Positions 37,695 to 47,224 of a stretch of 64,000 nucleotides of DNA are shown here, piece by piece. Positions within the stretch are counted from its first letter, which is position 1. Each line of letters opens with the position of its first letter. Source of the DNA: Myxococcales bacterium (GTDB lineage Bacteria > Myxococcota_A > Polyangia > JAAYKL01). Under the pieces are notes generated by a model. It was not told where the DNA came from. It was given only the letters and a program-made list of their open reading frames with translations, and did no database searches. The DNA lies in NCBI GenBank assembly GCA_012522445.1, contig JAAYKL010000003.1:4711-68710 (forward strand), read 5' to 3'. The position numbers and the translations under genes are program-made.

Positions 37695-39118
37695 GCCATC
37701 CGCGCGCCCTGATCCCGGCTCTGCCCTGGCTCTTGGCCCTCACCCTGGTTGCCGGCCGCGCTGTCGCTGGCGACGACACCGTGCCCCTGCGCGATCCGCT
37801 GGGCGCCCTCGAAGAGCGCGTCGTCGAGGCCATGCTCTCCCCGGCCGAATTCCCCGCGCTGCGCATCTCCCACGTCAGCGAAAACGACGAAGCCCTCTTC
37901 TGCCTGGACTCTAGCCTCAGCGCCCAAAAGCCCTTTGTGCAGGTCTATCCCGAGCGCATCCCCATGCCCGATATGGGCGGGGTGCGCATCCGCGTCGTCA
38001 AGACCGAGCGTCGCCTAACCCCGGTGGCCGAAGGGGTCACCGACCGCACCCTGGACGCCGGCTTCGCCATCCGCTGGCTCTTTCGCCCGCTGGGACTGCG
38101 CTTCGACGATGGCCCCTCGTTCGTCGTGGCCGCCGTGGGCGCCGAGGTCTTCTCCACCAAGACCGGGCAGACGCTCATGTTTTGGGAAGACGCCAAGGCC
38201 GACCCCATTTGCGATCCCAACCGCCCCGCCGGCGCGCCCCGGTGCGACTTGCCCGGCATCAGCCGCGAGGTGCGCGACATCGCCCTCTCCCCGGACGGGG
38301 GCTGGGTGGCCCTGGCCATCTCCGGGATCAAACCCCGGCTCGAGCTCTACCGCATCGACGACGCGCCGCACCTGCACTGGCAAACCGCATTCCCCACCGA
38401 GAGCGGCGGGGTGTTGCACGTGGCGTTTTCGGACGACGGACACTTCGTCACAGCCCTGCTGGGCGACGGCGCCACCCACCGCTTCGATCTGCAGGGCGGT
38501 CGGCACCTGCGCATCCCCTCCTTGGGACGCACCGCGCTGGCCGCACCCCAGGGCAACCGCGTCCTCATCGGCGGCCGCAACGGCACCGTCACCCTCTGGC
38601 GACTCCAGGACGGCACCATCGACTGGCAACTGCCCGCCCGCACCATCCGCAGCCCCGCGGCCAAGCTCGCCATCAGCGCCAACGGCCAACGCATCGCCAT
38701 GGTCGACTTCGCAAACGCCCGCACCCTCATCCGGGTTTGGGACTTCGCCGCCCAGCGCATCACCGCGCAGCTCTCCTTGCCCGACGACCGCGTCAACGGC
38801 GTGGCCTTCGACGAGCGCGGCGACCACCTGTACATCGCCCACGAGCGAGACGGCCTGCTGCGCTTTCGCGTCGCGAGCGGGGCCCAGCCCGAAGCCACGA
38901 GCGCCCAAGGCCTGCACTGCCGCAACACCATCGCCTGGGTGCCCCACCGACAGCGCATCTGGTGCTCGGTCCCAGGCGGCATCATCGAGATCGACGAGCG
39001 CGGCGAGCGCACCCACATGCTCGAAACCACCACCGCATCTGCGCGCAGTCATTTTGCCGTATCGGCCACCGCTGAGCGCACGGTGAGCGCCGCCGACGGA
39101 CACCTGTTGATCTGGTAA
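37691..39118 (+). CDS. Secreted WD40/beta-propeller repeat protein
   Basis: Signal peptide LPWLLALTLVAGRAVAG. Repeated ...DG..L..GG.DGTV.LW... blades. TTGA overlap with the HAD gene. Confidence 0.55.
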   Translation: MSHPRALIPALPWLLALTLVAGRAVAGDDTVPLRDPLGALEERVVEAMLSPAEFPALRISHVSENDEALFCLDSSLSAQKPFVQVYPERIPMPDMGGVRIRVVKTERRLTPVAEGVTDRTLDAGFAIRWLFRPLGLRFDDGPSFVVAAVGAEVFSTKTGQTLMFWEDAKADPICDPNRPAGAPRCDLPGISREVRDIALSPDGGWVALAISGIKPRLELYRIDDAPHLHWQTAFPTESGGVLHVAFSDDGHFVTALLGDGATHRFDLQGGRHLRIPSLGRTALAAPQGNRVLIGGRNGTVTLWRLQDGTIDWQLPARTIRSPAAKLAISANGQRIAMVDFANARTLIRVWDFAAQRITAQLSLPDDRVNGVAFDERGDHLYIAHERDGLLRFRVASGAQPEATSAQGLHCRNTIAWVPHRQRIWCSVPGGIIEIDERGERTHMLETTTASARSHFAVSATAERTVSAADGHLLIW

Positions 39119-41331
39119 TGAAGCCCCGCAAGTTCGCCATCGCCATCTTCGGATTTGCCCTGGGCGTCTTCACCACCACCGCGCAAATCACGCTGTTGCG
39201 TTTCGCGTTCACCCTGGGCAGCGGCAACGAGCTCCTCCTGGGCGCGGCCTGGTTTGCGTGGCTCTCCTCGGCGGCCATCGGCGCCATCCCGGCCAGACGC
39301 CTCGCCCTCTCCCCGGCCACCCTCGCCGTCGCTGCGTTCCTGGCCACCCTCGTCTGTGTCGCCGCGTTGTTGTTGCTGCGCGTCCCCCTCGTTCACCTGC
39401 ACCTCGTGCCCGGCGAGCGCCACGCCCTGTCGGCCTTGCTCCTCTACATCGGCGCGACCATCTTGCCCACCGGGGCCCTGGGCGGCTTCCTCTTCGTCGC
39501 CGGCGTGCGCTGGACCACCCGCACCATCGCCCCCAACGCCTTCGACATCACTTACATCGCCGAGGCCACCGGCGCCCTGTTCAGCGGCTTGATCACGGCT
39601 TTCATCGCCATCGGACGCGTCGAACCCATCGCCCTCAACCTGGCCGCGGGATGCCTGCTCTGCAGCGCCGCCTTCCACCTCAACGCCACGCGGTCCCACA
39701 CCTGGCGCGCCGCGCTCATGGCATTCGCGTCGCTCGCCGCCTTGGGATTCGGCCTCACACCGCACCCCGAACGCCTGCAAGACGCCCTGGCCGCTCGGGT
39801 GCTGCCCAGCATCCACGGCACGCTGCGCGCCACCGCCGAAGGACCCTACGGGCGCATCGCGCTTTTCGAAAACGAAGGCCTCTTTGCCCTGACGCACAAC
39901 GGCCAGAACGCGCACAACTTCCCCGACCCCTACGACGCCCCGCTAGACATCCACTTGGCCCTCTCCATCCACCCGTCGCCCCAGCGCGTCCTCTTCATCG
40001 AAGGCGCCCCCTCCGATCGCCTGGCCGCCGCGCACCACCACGGCGTCACCCACATCGACGCCCTCGCCCTCGACGCCACCGCCGACGACCTATCGCGCGA
40101 TTTCTGGACTCCGGAGACCCGCCGCATCCTGGCGCTCCCCGGTGTCCGACGCCTCTACGGAGACAGCCGCCCCTTCTTGCGCCGCCATCCAAAGCGCTAC
40201 GACGTCATCATCGCTGCGCCGCCTCCGCCGGAGAGCGCCGAGAGCAACCGCCTGCACACGCGCGAGTTCTTCGCCGACGCGGCCTCGGCCCTGGCCCCCG
40301 CTGGCGTCCTGGTGTTCGCCGCGCCGGGCAGCGCCAATTACTTCACCGACACCGCCTTGCAACGCCTCGCCGGACAGCAGCGCACGATGTCGGCGGTCTT
40401 CCCGCACGTCGCGGTGATCCCCGGACAGCAAGCCCTCTTTGTGGGCGCTGTCTCCGAGGCGCCCGACCTCTCCGCCGCGCAACTGATGGCGCACTTCCAC
40501 CGCTGTGCCACGCCCCAGGCGCGCATCGTTCCCGAGCAGCTCATCGACCCGGTGGACCCCGCGCGCATCGCACAGCTCGACGCGGCCCTGCGCCACACCG
40601 AGGCCCCGGTCAACCGCGACCACAACCCCACCGCCTACCTCGAAGAAATGCGCCGCGACGCCGAACAGCGCGACGACGTCTTCCCCATTCCGCAAACCCT
40701 GCGCCATCCGCTGTGGCTGGTGGGCATTCTCCCGCTCCTCCTCTTTACCGCGGTGCTGCTGGGCCTTTTTCGCCGCCGCCACGCATCCACCGTGCTCACC
40801 CTCTTCTCCACCGGGGTCTGCGGCATGGCCGGCGAGTTGATCATTCTGGTGTCGTTTGGCGCCGCCTACGGGCAGGTCTACACCGGCATGGCCTGGATCA
40901 TCGCCGCCTTCATGGCCGGGCTCTCCCTGGGCGCGGTGGTCGCCACACGCCTGCCGCCCCGGCGCGGCGTCCTGAGCGCTGTCGAGGGCTGCACACTGCT
41001 CATTCTGGTCGCCATGGCGGTTGGCATTCCGCACCTGGGGCACACTCCTTTGTTTTTCGCCGCCATCACAGTGCTGCTCGGCGGGGCCACCGGCGCAACC
41101 TTTCCCCTGTTTGTGAAGGCCGCGCGCCAAACAACGCCCGGGGTGCCATTCAAGCAGCTCTTGGGGCGCTTCGTCGCCACCGACAGCATCGGCGCCGCCC
41201 TGGGGGCATTGCTCACATCGCTGTTTTGGATGCCCCAGTTGGGCCTGCTCGCCACCTGCCTGCTGCTCGCCGCCTGGAAGGGGCTCTCGCTGGCCACCCA
41301 CCTGTTTTTTTCATCTCGCTCCGCCGCTTAA
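39118..41331 (+). CDS. Membrane-embedded spermidine/spermine-synthase-like (PABS fold) protein: N-terminal and C-terminal polytopic domains flanking an aminopropyltransferase-like domain
   Basis: About 7 TM, then RVLFIEGAPSDRLAAAHHH ... YDVIIAAPPPP ... GVLVFAAPGS (SpeE-like Rossmann), then about 6 more TM. TAATG junction with the WD40 gene. Confidence 0.6.
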   Translation: MKPRKFAIAIFGFALGVFTTTAQITLLRFAFTLGSGNELLLGAAWFAWLSSAAIGAIPARRLALSPATLAVAAFLATLVCVAALLLLRVPLVHLHLVPGERHALSALLLYIGATILPTGALGGFLFVAGVRWTTRTIAPNAFDITYIAEATGALFSGLITAFIAIGRVEPIALNLAAGCLLCSAAFHLNATRSHTWRAALMAFASLAALGFGLTPHPERLQDALAARVLPSIHGTLRATAEGPYGRIALFENEGLFALTHNGQNAHNFPDPYDAPLDIHLALSIHPSPQRVLFIEGAPSDRLAAAHHHGVTHIDALALDATADDLSRDFWTPETRRILALPGVRRLYGDSRPFLRRHPKRYDVIIAAPPPPESAESNRLHTREFFADAASALAPAGVLVFAAPGSANYFTDTALQRLAGQQRTMSAVFPHVAVIPGQQALFVGAVSEAPDLSAAQLMAHFHRCATPQARIVPEQLIDPVDPARIAQLDAALRHTEAPVNRDHNPTAYLEEMRRDAEQRDDVFPIPQTLRHPLWLVGILPLLLFTAVLLGLFRRRHASTVLTLFSTGVCGMAGELIILVSFGAAYGQVYTGMAWIIAAFMAGLSLGAVVATRLPPRRGVLSAVEGCTLLILVAMAVGIPHLGHTPLFFAAITVLLGGATGATFPLFVKAARQTTPGVPFKQLLGRFVATDSIGAALGALLTSLFWMPQLGLLATCLLLAAWKGLSLATHLFFSSRSAA

Positions 41332-41420
41332 AGCCAACAGCAGCATTGTATTTCGCCTTTTTTTTGTGGTAGTCTGCGCCAATACAAACGCAAAACCCGG
41401 CGTGCCAACGGGAAGGAGTA

Positions 41421-42032
41421 ATGAAGATGATCCGGATAACCGTCCTGTCTCTGACGATTGCAGCCCTCGCACTCTCGCTGTCTGCCTGCGGACAAGAAGG
41501 CGAAGAGAAGACCAAAGTGATCAAGTTGCAGAAGCACGAAGCCAATCTGCCGCCGGTGCCCACCATCCCCGCTGTCAACGTCCCCGAAACCTACTCCGAT
41601 CGCTCGTATTCCCTGTACGGCTTGCGCCGCAACAAGGCACGCGCTATCAACACCGTCGTCGAGGTCACCGCCTACGTGGCCAAAATGTACGAGAAGCCCA
41701 ATTGCCCCGAGGGCCAAACCTGCCCCGCCCTGATGCCCCACCTCTACCTGGCCGACGAGCCCAACGAGCCCATCGCCAAGCGCCAGATGCGCCTCGTGGG
41801 CTGGGCCCAAAACTTCCAAGAAATCGAAGACGCCAAGTCCGGCAAAGAGCGCGAGCTCCCCGAGGGCATTGAGCTGCCTCCGGTGGTCCACGACTGGGAA
41901 GTGGGGCGCAAGTACAAAATCACCGCTATGTTCACGCGCATGTCCAGCGCGGGCTTTCAAGACACCGAGGGCTTGCTCGACTACAAAAATCACCAGTGCC
42001 TCGACTGCCCCGAAGATCCCAAAAAGAAGTAG
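41421..42032 (+). CDS. Lipoprotein, hypothetical (Cys-containing C-terminus CLDCPEDPKKK)
   Basis: SD gggaaggag. Signal plus lipobox LALSLSAC. Confidence 0.55.
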   Translation: MKMIRITVLSLTIAALALSLSACGQEGEEKTKVIKLQKHEANLPPVPTIPAVNVPETYSDRSYSLYGLRRNKARAINTVVEVTAYVAKMYEKPNCPEGQTCPALMPHLYLADEPNEPIAKRQMRLVGWAQNFQEIEDAKSGKERELPEGIELPPVVHDWEVGRKYKITAMFTRMSSAGFQDTEGLLDYKNHQCLDCPEDPKKK

Positions 42033-42142
42033 CGCCCACGCAAGCGCCATCCGCGTTGTGGCGGCACTGTTCCCCCCTTTCGCATCCGCCTCTTTAGACG
42101 CACGCCCAACGCACTTGGCGGTGCGGCGATTTCGAGGCAGAT

Positions 42143-42805
42143 GTGCAAATCGATTTTGAAAAACGCGAAATACAGTTGAAGCTGGTCTACTACGGACCGG
42201 CCCTGAGCGGGAAGACCACCAACCTGGTGCACATCCACCGCTGCAGCGCCCCGTCGAGCCGCGGCCGCCTCATGACCCTTGAGACGCGCGACGACCGCAC
42301 GCTGTTTTTCGATCTGTTGCCCATGTCCTTCGAAACCCAATCGGGCATCACCATCGCCATCAAGCTCTTCACCGTCCCCGGACAGGTCATCCACGAAGCC
42401 ACGCGCCGCCTGGTGCTCCAAGGCGCCGACGCGGTGGCCTTTATCGCCGACTCCCAGGTCTCCGAAACCATCAACAACCGCGACGCCTTTCTCGACCTCA
42501 AGCGCAACCTGCGCAAAAACGGCCTCGACCTGCGCGGCATGCCCCTGGTCATCCAATTCAACAAGCGCGACCTGCCCAACGTCCGCCCGGACACCGAGGT
42601 GGAGATGCTGGCCGCCCAGGGCAAAGAGCCGGTCTACATGGCCGTGGCCACCCGCGGAGACGGCGTCGTCGAAACCTTTTTGGGCCTGCTAGAGCTCACC
42701 TGGGAGCGCCTCAACGCCTGGCACGATCTGGAGGGGAAGTTCGATGTCAGCGGCGCCATGTTGATGGAGAGCTTGCGGCGCCAATTTTTACTGCACTGCG
42801 AGTAG
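42143..42805 (+). CDS. MglA-family Ras-like small GTPase (gliding-motility-regulator paralog)
   Basis: EIQLKLVYYGPALSGKTTNL, DRTLFFD, TVPGQV and NKRDLP align motif-for-motif with M. xanthus MglA (VYYGPGLCGKTTNL, DRTLFFDF, TVPGQV, NKRDLP). GTG start. Confidence 0.8.
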   Translation: MQIDFEKREIQLKLVYYGPALSGKTTNLVHIHRCSAPSSRGRLMTLETRDDRTLFFDLLPMSFETQSGITIAIKLFTVPGQVIHEATRRLVLQGADAVAFIADSQVSETINNRDAFLDLKRNLRKNGLDLRGMPLVIQFNKRDLPNVRPDTEVEMLAAQGKEPVYMAVATRGDGVVETFLGLLELTWERLNAWHDLEGKFDVSGAMLMESLRRQFLLHCE

Positions 42806-42811
42806 GCCGCC

Positions 42812-44212
42812 ATGATCGAACACATCGACCCAACCGAAAAAATCGCCCTTGGCCAGCTCGTCGATGCGGCCACCCTCACCGAGCTCTTCGAATCCTTCCG
42901 CGCCATGTTGCAGGTGCCCCTGCGCATCTTCGACGGCAACGGCGATCTCGTGGCGGAGTCCAGCGACGAGAACCCGGTGTGCGCCCATCTCACGGCACAT
43001 CCCAAGCTCCGCGAGCGCTGCAACGTCGTGCGCATGCGCGTCAAGGCCGCTGCGCCCTGGCAAGATCGAGATCCGCAACACCGCGTCAATTGCTTCAGCG
43101 GGCTGCAATACCACGTCGCGCCGATTCACTTTCAGGGCGATCTCGTCGGCAAGCTGGTGCTGGGGCCTTTCTTGCCCAAGGCCCTCGAAAAAATCCCCTC
43201 GGCGATCCACGACCTCGCGCCCGACATCAACCGCACCGAACTCCTCAAGGCGTTCAACGCCCTACCGCGCATCGACGACGCGAAAATCGAGCGCTACGCC
43301 AATGCGGTGCTCACCGCCCTCGACATCATCTTTTTTTCGTCCCACCGCGCCCACATGACCACCCAAATGCACCTGGCCGCAGTGCGCGAATCCTACCGGG
43401 AGCTGACCGAAAAAAACCGCACCCTCGAAGAGATGGCCGAGGAGCGCAAGGAGTTCGACCGGCGCAAATCCAACTTCCTTGCCATGGTGAGCCACGAGCT
43501 GCGCACGCCCCTCACCTCCATTATCGGGTACAGCGATATGCTGGCCGAGGGCATTGCCGGCGAGATGGCCGAGGAGCAAAAGCAGTTCGTGCAGACGATC
43601 AAAACCAAGGGCGACGAGCTGCTGGGGTTGATCTCGTCGATTTTGGACTTCTCGCAAATCGACACCGGTCGCCTCTCCATCACCACGGCCCCGGTCAACG
43701 TGCCCGACCTGCTCCAACGAGCGGTGGCCACGCGCGAACAGCTCGCCGAGCGGCGCGGCATTCGCTTAAAAATCGATCTGCCGACGGGCCTGCCCACCGT
43801 GCCCATGGACCCCGAAAAAATTCTCGTGGCCTTGACCCACCTCATCGACAACGCCATCAAATTTTCACTGCCCGGCGGTTCGGTGCGCATCGGCGCCCAG
43901 GTGGTGCAGTCCGCCGCTGCCGACGCCCCGGAGGACGGCTTCGGCTTTGTGCTCATGGCGGCCCCGGACATGCTCGAGATCTCCGTCGAAGACCACGGCG
44001 TGGGCATCGATGAAAAAGACTGCGACGACATCTTTCAGCCCTTCACGCAGATCGACGAATCCTCCACGCGCGAACACGGGGGCGCCGGGCTGGGGTTGGC
44101 CATCGTCCAGCAATACGTGGAGGTGCACGGCGGTCGGGTGCACGTGCAAAGCTCTCTGGGCGAGGGCAGCCGCTTCGTCGTCCGCTTGCCCATTCTCAAC
44201 CTGCCGGGGTGA
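42812..44212 (+). CDS. Sensor histidine kinase with N-terminal PocR-type sensory domain (no TM)
   Basis: PocR-like Cys pattern (CAHLTAHPKLRERC...VNCFSG...PIHFQGDLVGKLVLGPF). HisKA VSHELRTPL. HATPase N/G1/G2 boxes (IDNAIKF, DHGVGI, GGAGLGLAIV). Starts 7 nt after the MglA-like stop. Confidence 0.8.
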   Translation: MIEHIDPTEKIALGQLVDAATLTELFESFRAMLQVPLRIFDGNGDLVAESSDENPVCAHLTAHPKLRERCNVVRMRVKAAAPWQDRDPQHRVNCFSGLQYHVAPIHFQGDLVGKLVLGPFLPKALEKIPSAIHDLAPDINRTELLKAFNALPRIDDAKIERYANAVLTALDIIFFSSHRAHMTTQMHLAAVRESYRELTEKNRTLEEMAEERKEFDRRKSNFLAMVSHELRTPLTSIIGYSDMLAEGIAGEMAEEQKQFVQTIKTKGDELLGLISSILDFSQIDTGRLSITTAPVNVPDLLQRAVATREQLAERRGIRLKIDLPTGLPTVPMDPEKILVALTHLIDNAIKFSLPGGSVRIGAQVVQSAAADAPEDGFGFVLMAAPDMLEISVEDHGVGIDEKDCDDIFQPFTQIDESSTREHGGAGLGLAIVQQYVEVHGGRVHVQSSLGEGSRFVVRLPILNLPG

Positions 44213-44299
44213 ACCAAAAAGCCGCCAACCCCCTTGCCTCTTGCACAATATCTTTGATAGGTTAGCGGGCAGAAAACCACCGCCCAACCCGGAGGACCC

Positions 44300-44932
44300 A
44301 TGAGAAAAAACGCTTTCATGATGATCGCAATCGCCCTGGTCGCCGCTAGCTTGGCCGCTTGCGGCGGCAACCCGCACCGCAAAACCCTGACCCCCGGCAA
44401 CATCCATCCCGACGGCAGCTTTGACGGCGTGTTTCACTCGGAGGCCTATGGCCGCATGGAGTTCACCGTCAACGGCGACAAGGCCGCGGGCCTATACGAA
44501 GGCGAGCGCCACTACGGCAAAATCGACGGCACCATCAACGGCGACATCATGCTGTTCAAGTGGTACCAATGGAATGAAGACCTGAGCGGCAAGGTGCGCC
44601 AGAGCTCTGGCCGCGGCTACTTCCGCTACGAAGTCATCGACGAAGGCACGGTGCAACAATCCCGGCTGACCCACTTCCTCAAGGGCGAATGGGGCTATGG
44701 CGACGACAACGCCGGCAACCCCTGGGAAGCCGTGCGCCACTCCAACGCCAAAAAAATGCTCCAATCCCGCGACAGCGCTCAAGAGGATGACGCCGGCGCG
44801 ACGGCCTTCGATCGCCTCTCCGGTGGCGGCGGCAGCAGCAGCTCCTCCTCGGGCAGCAGCAGCGGCTCTTCCAGCTCGCCGTCTTCGACCCCAACCCCCA
44901 GCACTTCTGACGAGATTCGCAGCCTGTTCTAA
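44300..44932 (+). CDS. Lipoprotein, hypothetical, with Ser/Gly-rich C-terminal tail
   Basis: SD ggagga. LVAASLAAC lipobox. GGGGSSSSSSGSSSGSSSSPSSTPTPS tail. Confidence 0.55.
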   Translation: MRKNAFMMIAIALVAASLAACGGNPHRKTLTPGNIHPDGSFDGVFHSEAYGRMEFTVNGDKAAGLYEGERHYGKIDGTINGDIMLFKWYQWNEDLSGKVRQSSGRGYFRYEVIDEGTVQQSRLTHFLKGEWGYGDDNAGNPWEAVRHSNAKKMLQSRDSAQEDDAGATAFDRLSGGGGSSSSSSGSSSGSSSSPSSTPTPSTSDEIRSLF

Positions 44933-44957
44933 CAGGCCCTGCACCCCGCCAAAAAAC

Positions 44958-45575
44958 ATGTTGCGCAACCTCTCCGTTGTTGGATTGACCGGCGGCATCG
45001 CGTCGGGCAAGAGCCTGGCCGCCAGCATTTTTCGCGAGATGGGCATCCCGGTCATCGACGCCGACGCCTTGGCCCACATGGTGCTGGCCCCGGACGGGCT
45101 GGCCTACGCCGCGGTGCTCGAGGCCTTTGGCGACGATATTCTCGTGCCCGGTGAAGACACCATCGACCGACAGCGCCTCGGACAAAAGGTCTTCGACAAT
45201 GCGCCGATGCGCCACAAGCTCGAGGCGATCACCCATCCGGCCATCGCCCAACTGGCCAAGCAGGGCATGGCGCTGGTGGCCGAGCGCGGCGAAAAATTGG
45301 CCATCTACGAAGCGGCGCTCTTGGTAGAGGCGGGCATTTACCGCGACCTCCAGGCGCTCGTCGTCGTGGCCACCACCCTCGAGAACCAATTGTCGCGCCT
45401 GTGCCAACGCGATCGCATGACGCCCCACGCCGCAGCCGCCCGCATCGCATCGCAGCTCCCCCTCGAAGAAAAGCTTGCTGTGGCCGACTACGTCATTGAG
45501 AATAACGGCACGTATGACGCCTTTCGCGAAGCCGTTGTTGCGCTGGGAAAAAACCTGCAGCAGCGATTCGCATAA
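44958..45575 (+). CDS. coaE: Dephospho-CoA kinase
   Basis: VGLTGGIASGKS P-loop, IDADALAH, ITHPAI. Internal ATG at 44958. Confidence 0.8.
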   Translation: MLRNLSVVGLTGGIASGKSLAASIFREMGIPVIDADALAHMVLAPDGLAYAAVLEAFGDDILVPGEDTIDRQRLGQKVFDNAPMRHKLEAITHPAIAQLAKQGMALVAERGEKLAIYEAALLVEAGIYRDLQALVVVATTLENQLSRLCQRDRMTPHAAAARIASQLPLEEKLAVADYVIENNGTYDAFREAVVALGKNLQQRFA

Positions 45576-45610
45576 CCGAAGCGCCTGCGACGTCGGCGCG
45601 GCACCGCGAC

Positions 45611-46636
45611 ATGAAAAAAACGAGCGTCCTCATCATCGGGTTCCCTTCCAGCATCGCCGCGCAAACCGCCCGGGCTTTGTGCGACGCGGGGGTCCATGTG
45701 AACTTGCTGGTGTCCAAGCAAGACGCACACCACGGGCGCGCCCTTCGCGGCATCGACAAAGCCAAGCTCACCCTGCTGACCGGGAACGCCGAGCACATCG
45801 ACTTCGGCCTCGCCGGGGACGCGTACATGGCGCTGGCGCAGACCACCCGCGCCGTGCTCTCGCTCATGCCCCAGGCCTTCGAGCGCGACCGGCCATCCGC
45901 GGGCGTGTTGATGCGCGCCGGACAAGAGCTGGCTGAGTTCGCCCGCACTGCCACGCCGCCGCTCCACGTCTTGCACCTCAGCGGCATCGACATCCGGGGT
46001 ACGGGCACGGGCCTCTTCTCCGAGCGGGATGTGTGCATGGGACAAAGCCCTCCCACGGCGCTCTCCCGGGAACGCCTGCGCGTCGAACGGGCGCTCTTTC
46101 AGCTACGCGACCACTTCGCCACCACGATCGTGCGCGTCGGGGTCCTCGTAGGCGACGGCCCGGGGCTCTATCCCTTCATTCCCCTGGCGCTGGCAGAGCC
46201 CGCCTTCTTCGCGCGCCTCGACACCCGGCACCTGCATTTCACGCCCCTCGAAACCCTGGTGGCCTTCCTCGTTCACTGGTGCCAACACCCCGTCGATACC
46301 GGGGGCCGCGCCCTGCACCTCCTGGCCCCGGACGACGCCACCCTCTCGCAGCGCAGCGAGTTCTTGGTCCGCGAGGCGCAGCGACGCTTTCCCAAGGGCA
46401 TCGCCCCCGACGCCTGGGCGCGCAAACACTGTGAGGCCCTGGGCTTTACAGCGCGTGCCTTCTGGCAGCATAATGGGTCGAACGCGCCAGTATCCAACGC
46501 CTGGACCGACACTTTTTGTCGCGAACACGGCTTTGCGCTGGCCGAACGCATCACCGTGGACTGGGCCCAGCACGTGTCGCAGCTCGCCGAGAAACGGCGC
46601 CCGGCACCGCCCCACCCCAAAGGGAGACAGACATGA
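45611..46636 (+). CDS. NAD(P)-binding Rossmann-fold protein, thioester-reductase/NAD_binding_4-like with degenerate glycine motif
   Basis: VLIIGFPSSIAAQTAR in place of GATGFLG. LTGNAEHIDFGLAGDAYMAL resembles the TD-domain 'GDL..LGL....Y..L' block. Confidence 0.5.
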   Translation: MKKTSVLIIGFPSSIAAQTARALCDAGVHVNLLVSKQDAHHGRALRGIDKAKLTLLTGNAEHIDFGLAGDAYMALAQTTRAVLSLMPQAFERDRPSAGVLMRAGQELAEFARTATPPLHVLHLSGIDIRGTGTGLFSERDVCMGQSPPTALSRERLRVERALFQLRDHFATTIVRVGVLVGDGPGLYPFIPLALAEPAFFARLDTRHLHFTPLETLVAFLVHWCQHPVDTGGRALHLLAPDDATLSQRSEFLVREAQRRFPKGIAPDAWARKHCEALGFTARAFWQHNGSNAPVSNAWTDTFCREHGFALAERITVDWAQHVSQLAEKRRPAPPHPKGRQT

Positions 46637-47076
46637 CCGAACCCATCGAAACCGGCCCGCACAGCGCCCGCATCAACACCTTCATCGACACCTTTTCGCA
46701 AGAGGTCTCGCGCGCCTTGGGGCAGGAGATGCGCTTCCCCGCGCTAGATGCCTCCGGCGTATCCCGCTTGTCTCGCGGGTCGGCCAACATCGAAATTCAC
46801 GTGTACGAAGCCTCCGGCGAGCTCCTGCTGCTCTCGCGCATTATGCCCGCGCCCCAACAGGACCGCGCCGCGTGCTGCCAATACCTCCTCGAGCTCAACT
46901 TTGCCGCCACCGCCGAAGCGGCCTTCGCCATCGATCGCGACACCGACACCATTTGCCTGCGCACCTTTCGCAGCCTCGAAGGCCTCGATTACGAAGAGTT
47001 CGAGACCCTGTTGCAGTCCATCGGCGCCACCGCTGACGAATGGGACGACCGCTTAAAAGAGCGCTTCGCCCCCTGA
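46633..47076 (+). CDS. YbjN / type-III-secretion-chaperone (CesT/SycE)-like small acidic protein
   Basis: 147 aa, acidic, alpha/beta pattern (IDTFSQEVSRALGQE...IEIHVYEASGELLLLSRI...ICLRTFRSLEGLDYEEFETLL). ATGA overlap with the upstream gene. Confidence 0.45.
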   Translation: MTEPIETGPHSARINTFIDTFSQEVSRALGQEMRFPALDASGVSRLSRGSANIEIHVYEASGELLLLSRIMPAPQQDRAACCQYLLELNFAATAEAAFAIDRDTDTICLRTFRSLEGLDYEEFETLLQSIGATADEWDDRLKERFAP

Positions 47077-47224
47077 GGTTTCGCAGGCGCTCCCCGTGGG
47101 CGTGTTGGCAGAAGTTGTCAATATATCGAAAATCTGGCATATCCAACAACACACGCGGCTTGCCGCCATGGCGCCACCACCTAAAACCAGCAGCGCCACA
47201 ACGAAACAAATTGAGCTTTTTGGC

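Noticed and set aside
41332-41420. T-run (cgccttttttttg) after the membrane SpeE-like gene, considered as a terminator
   Set aside because: No convincing GC-rich hairpin precedes the T-tract.
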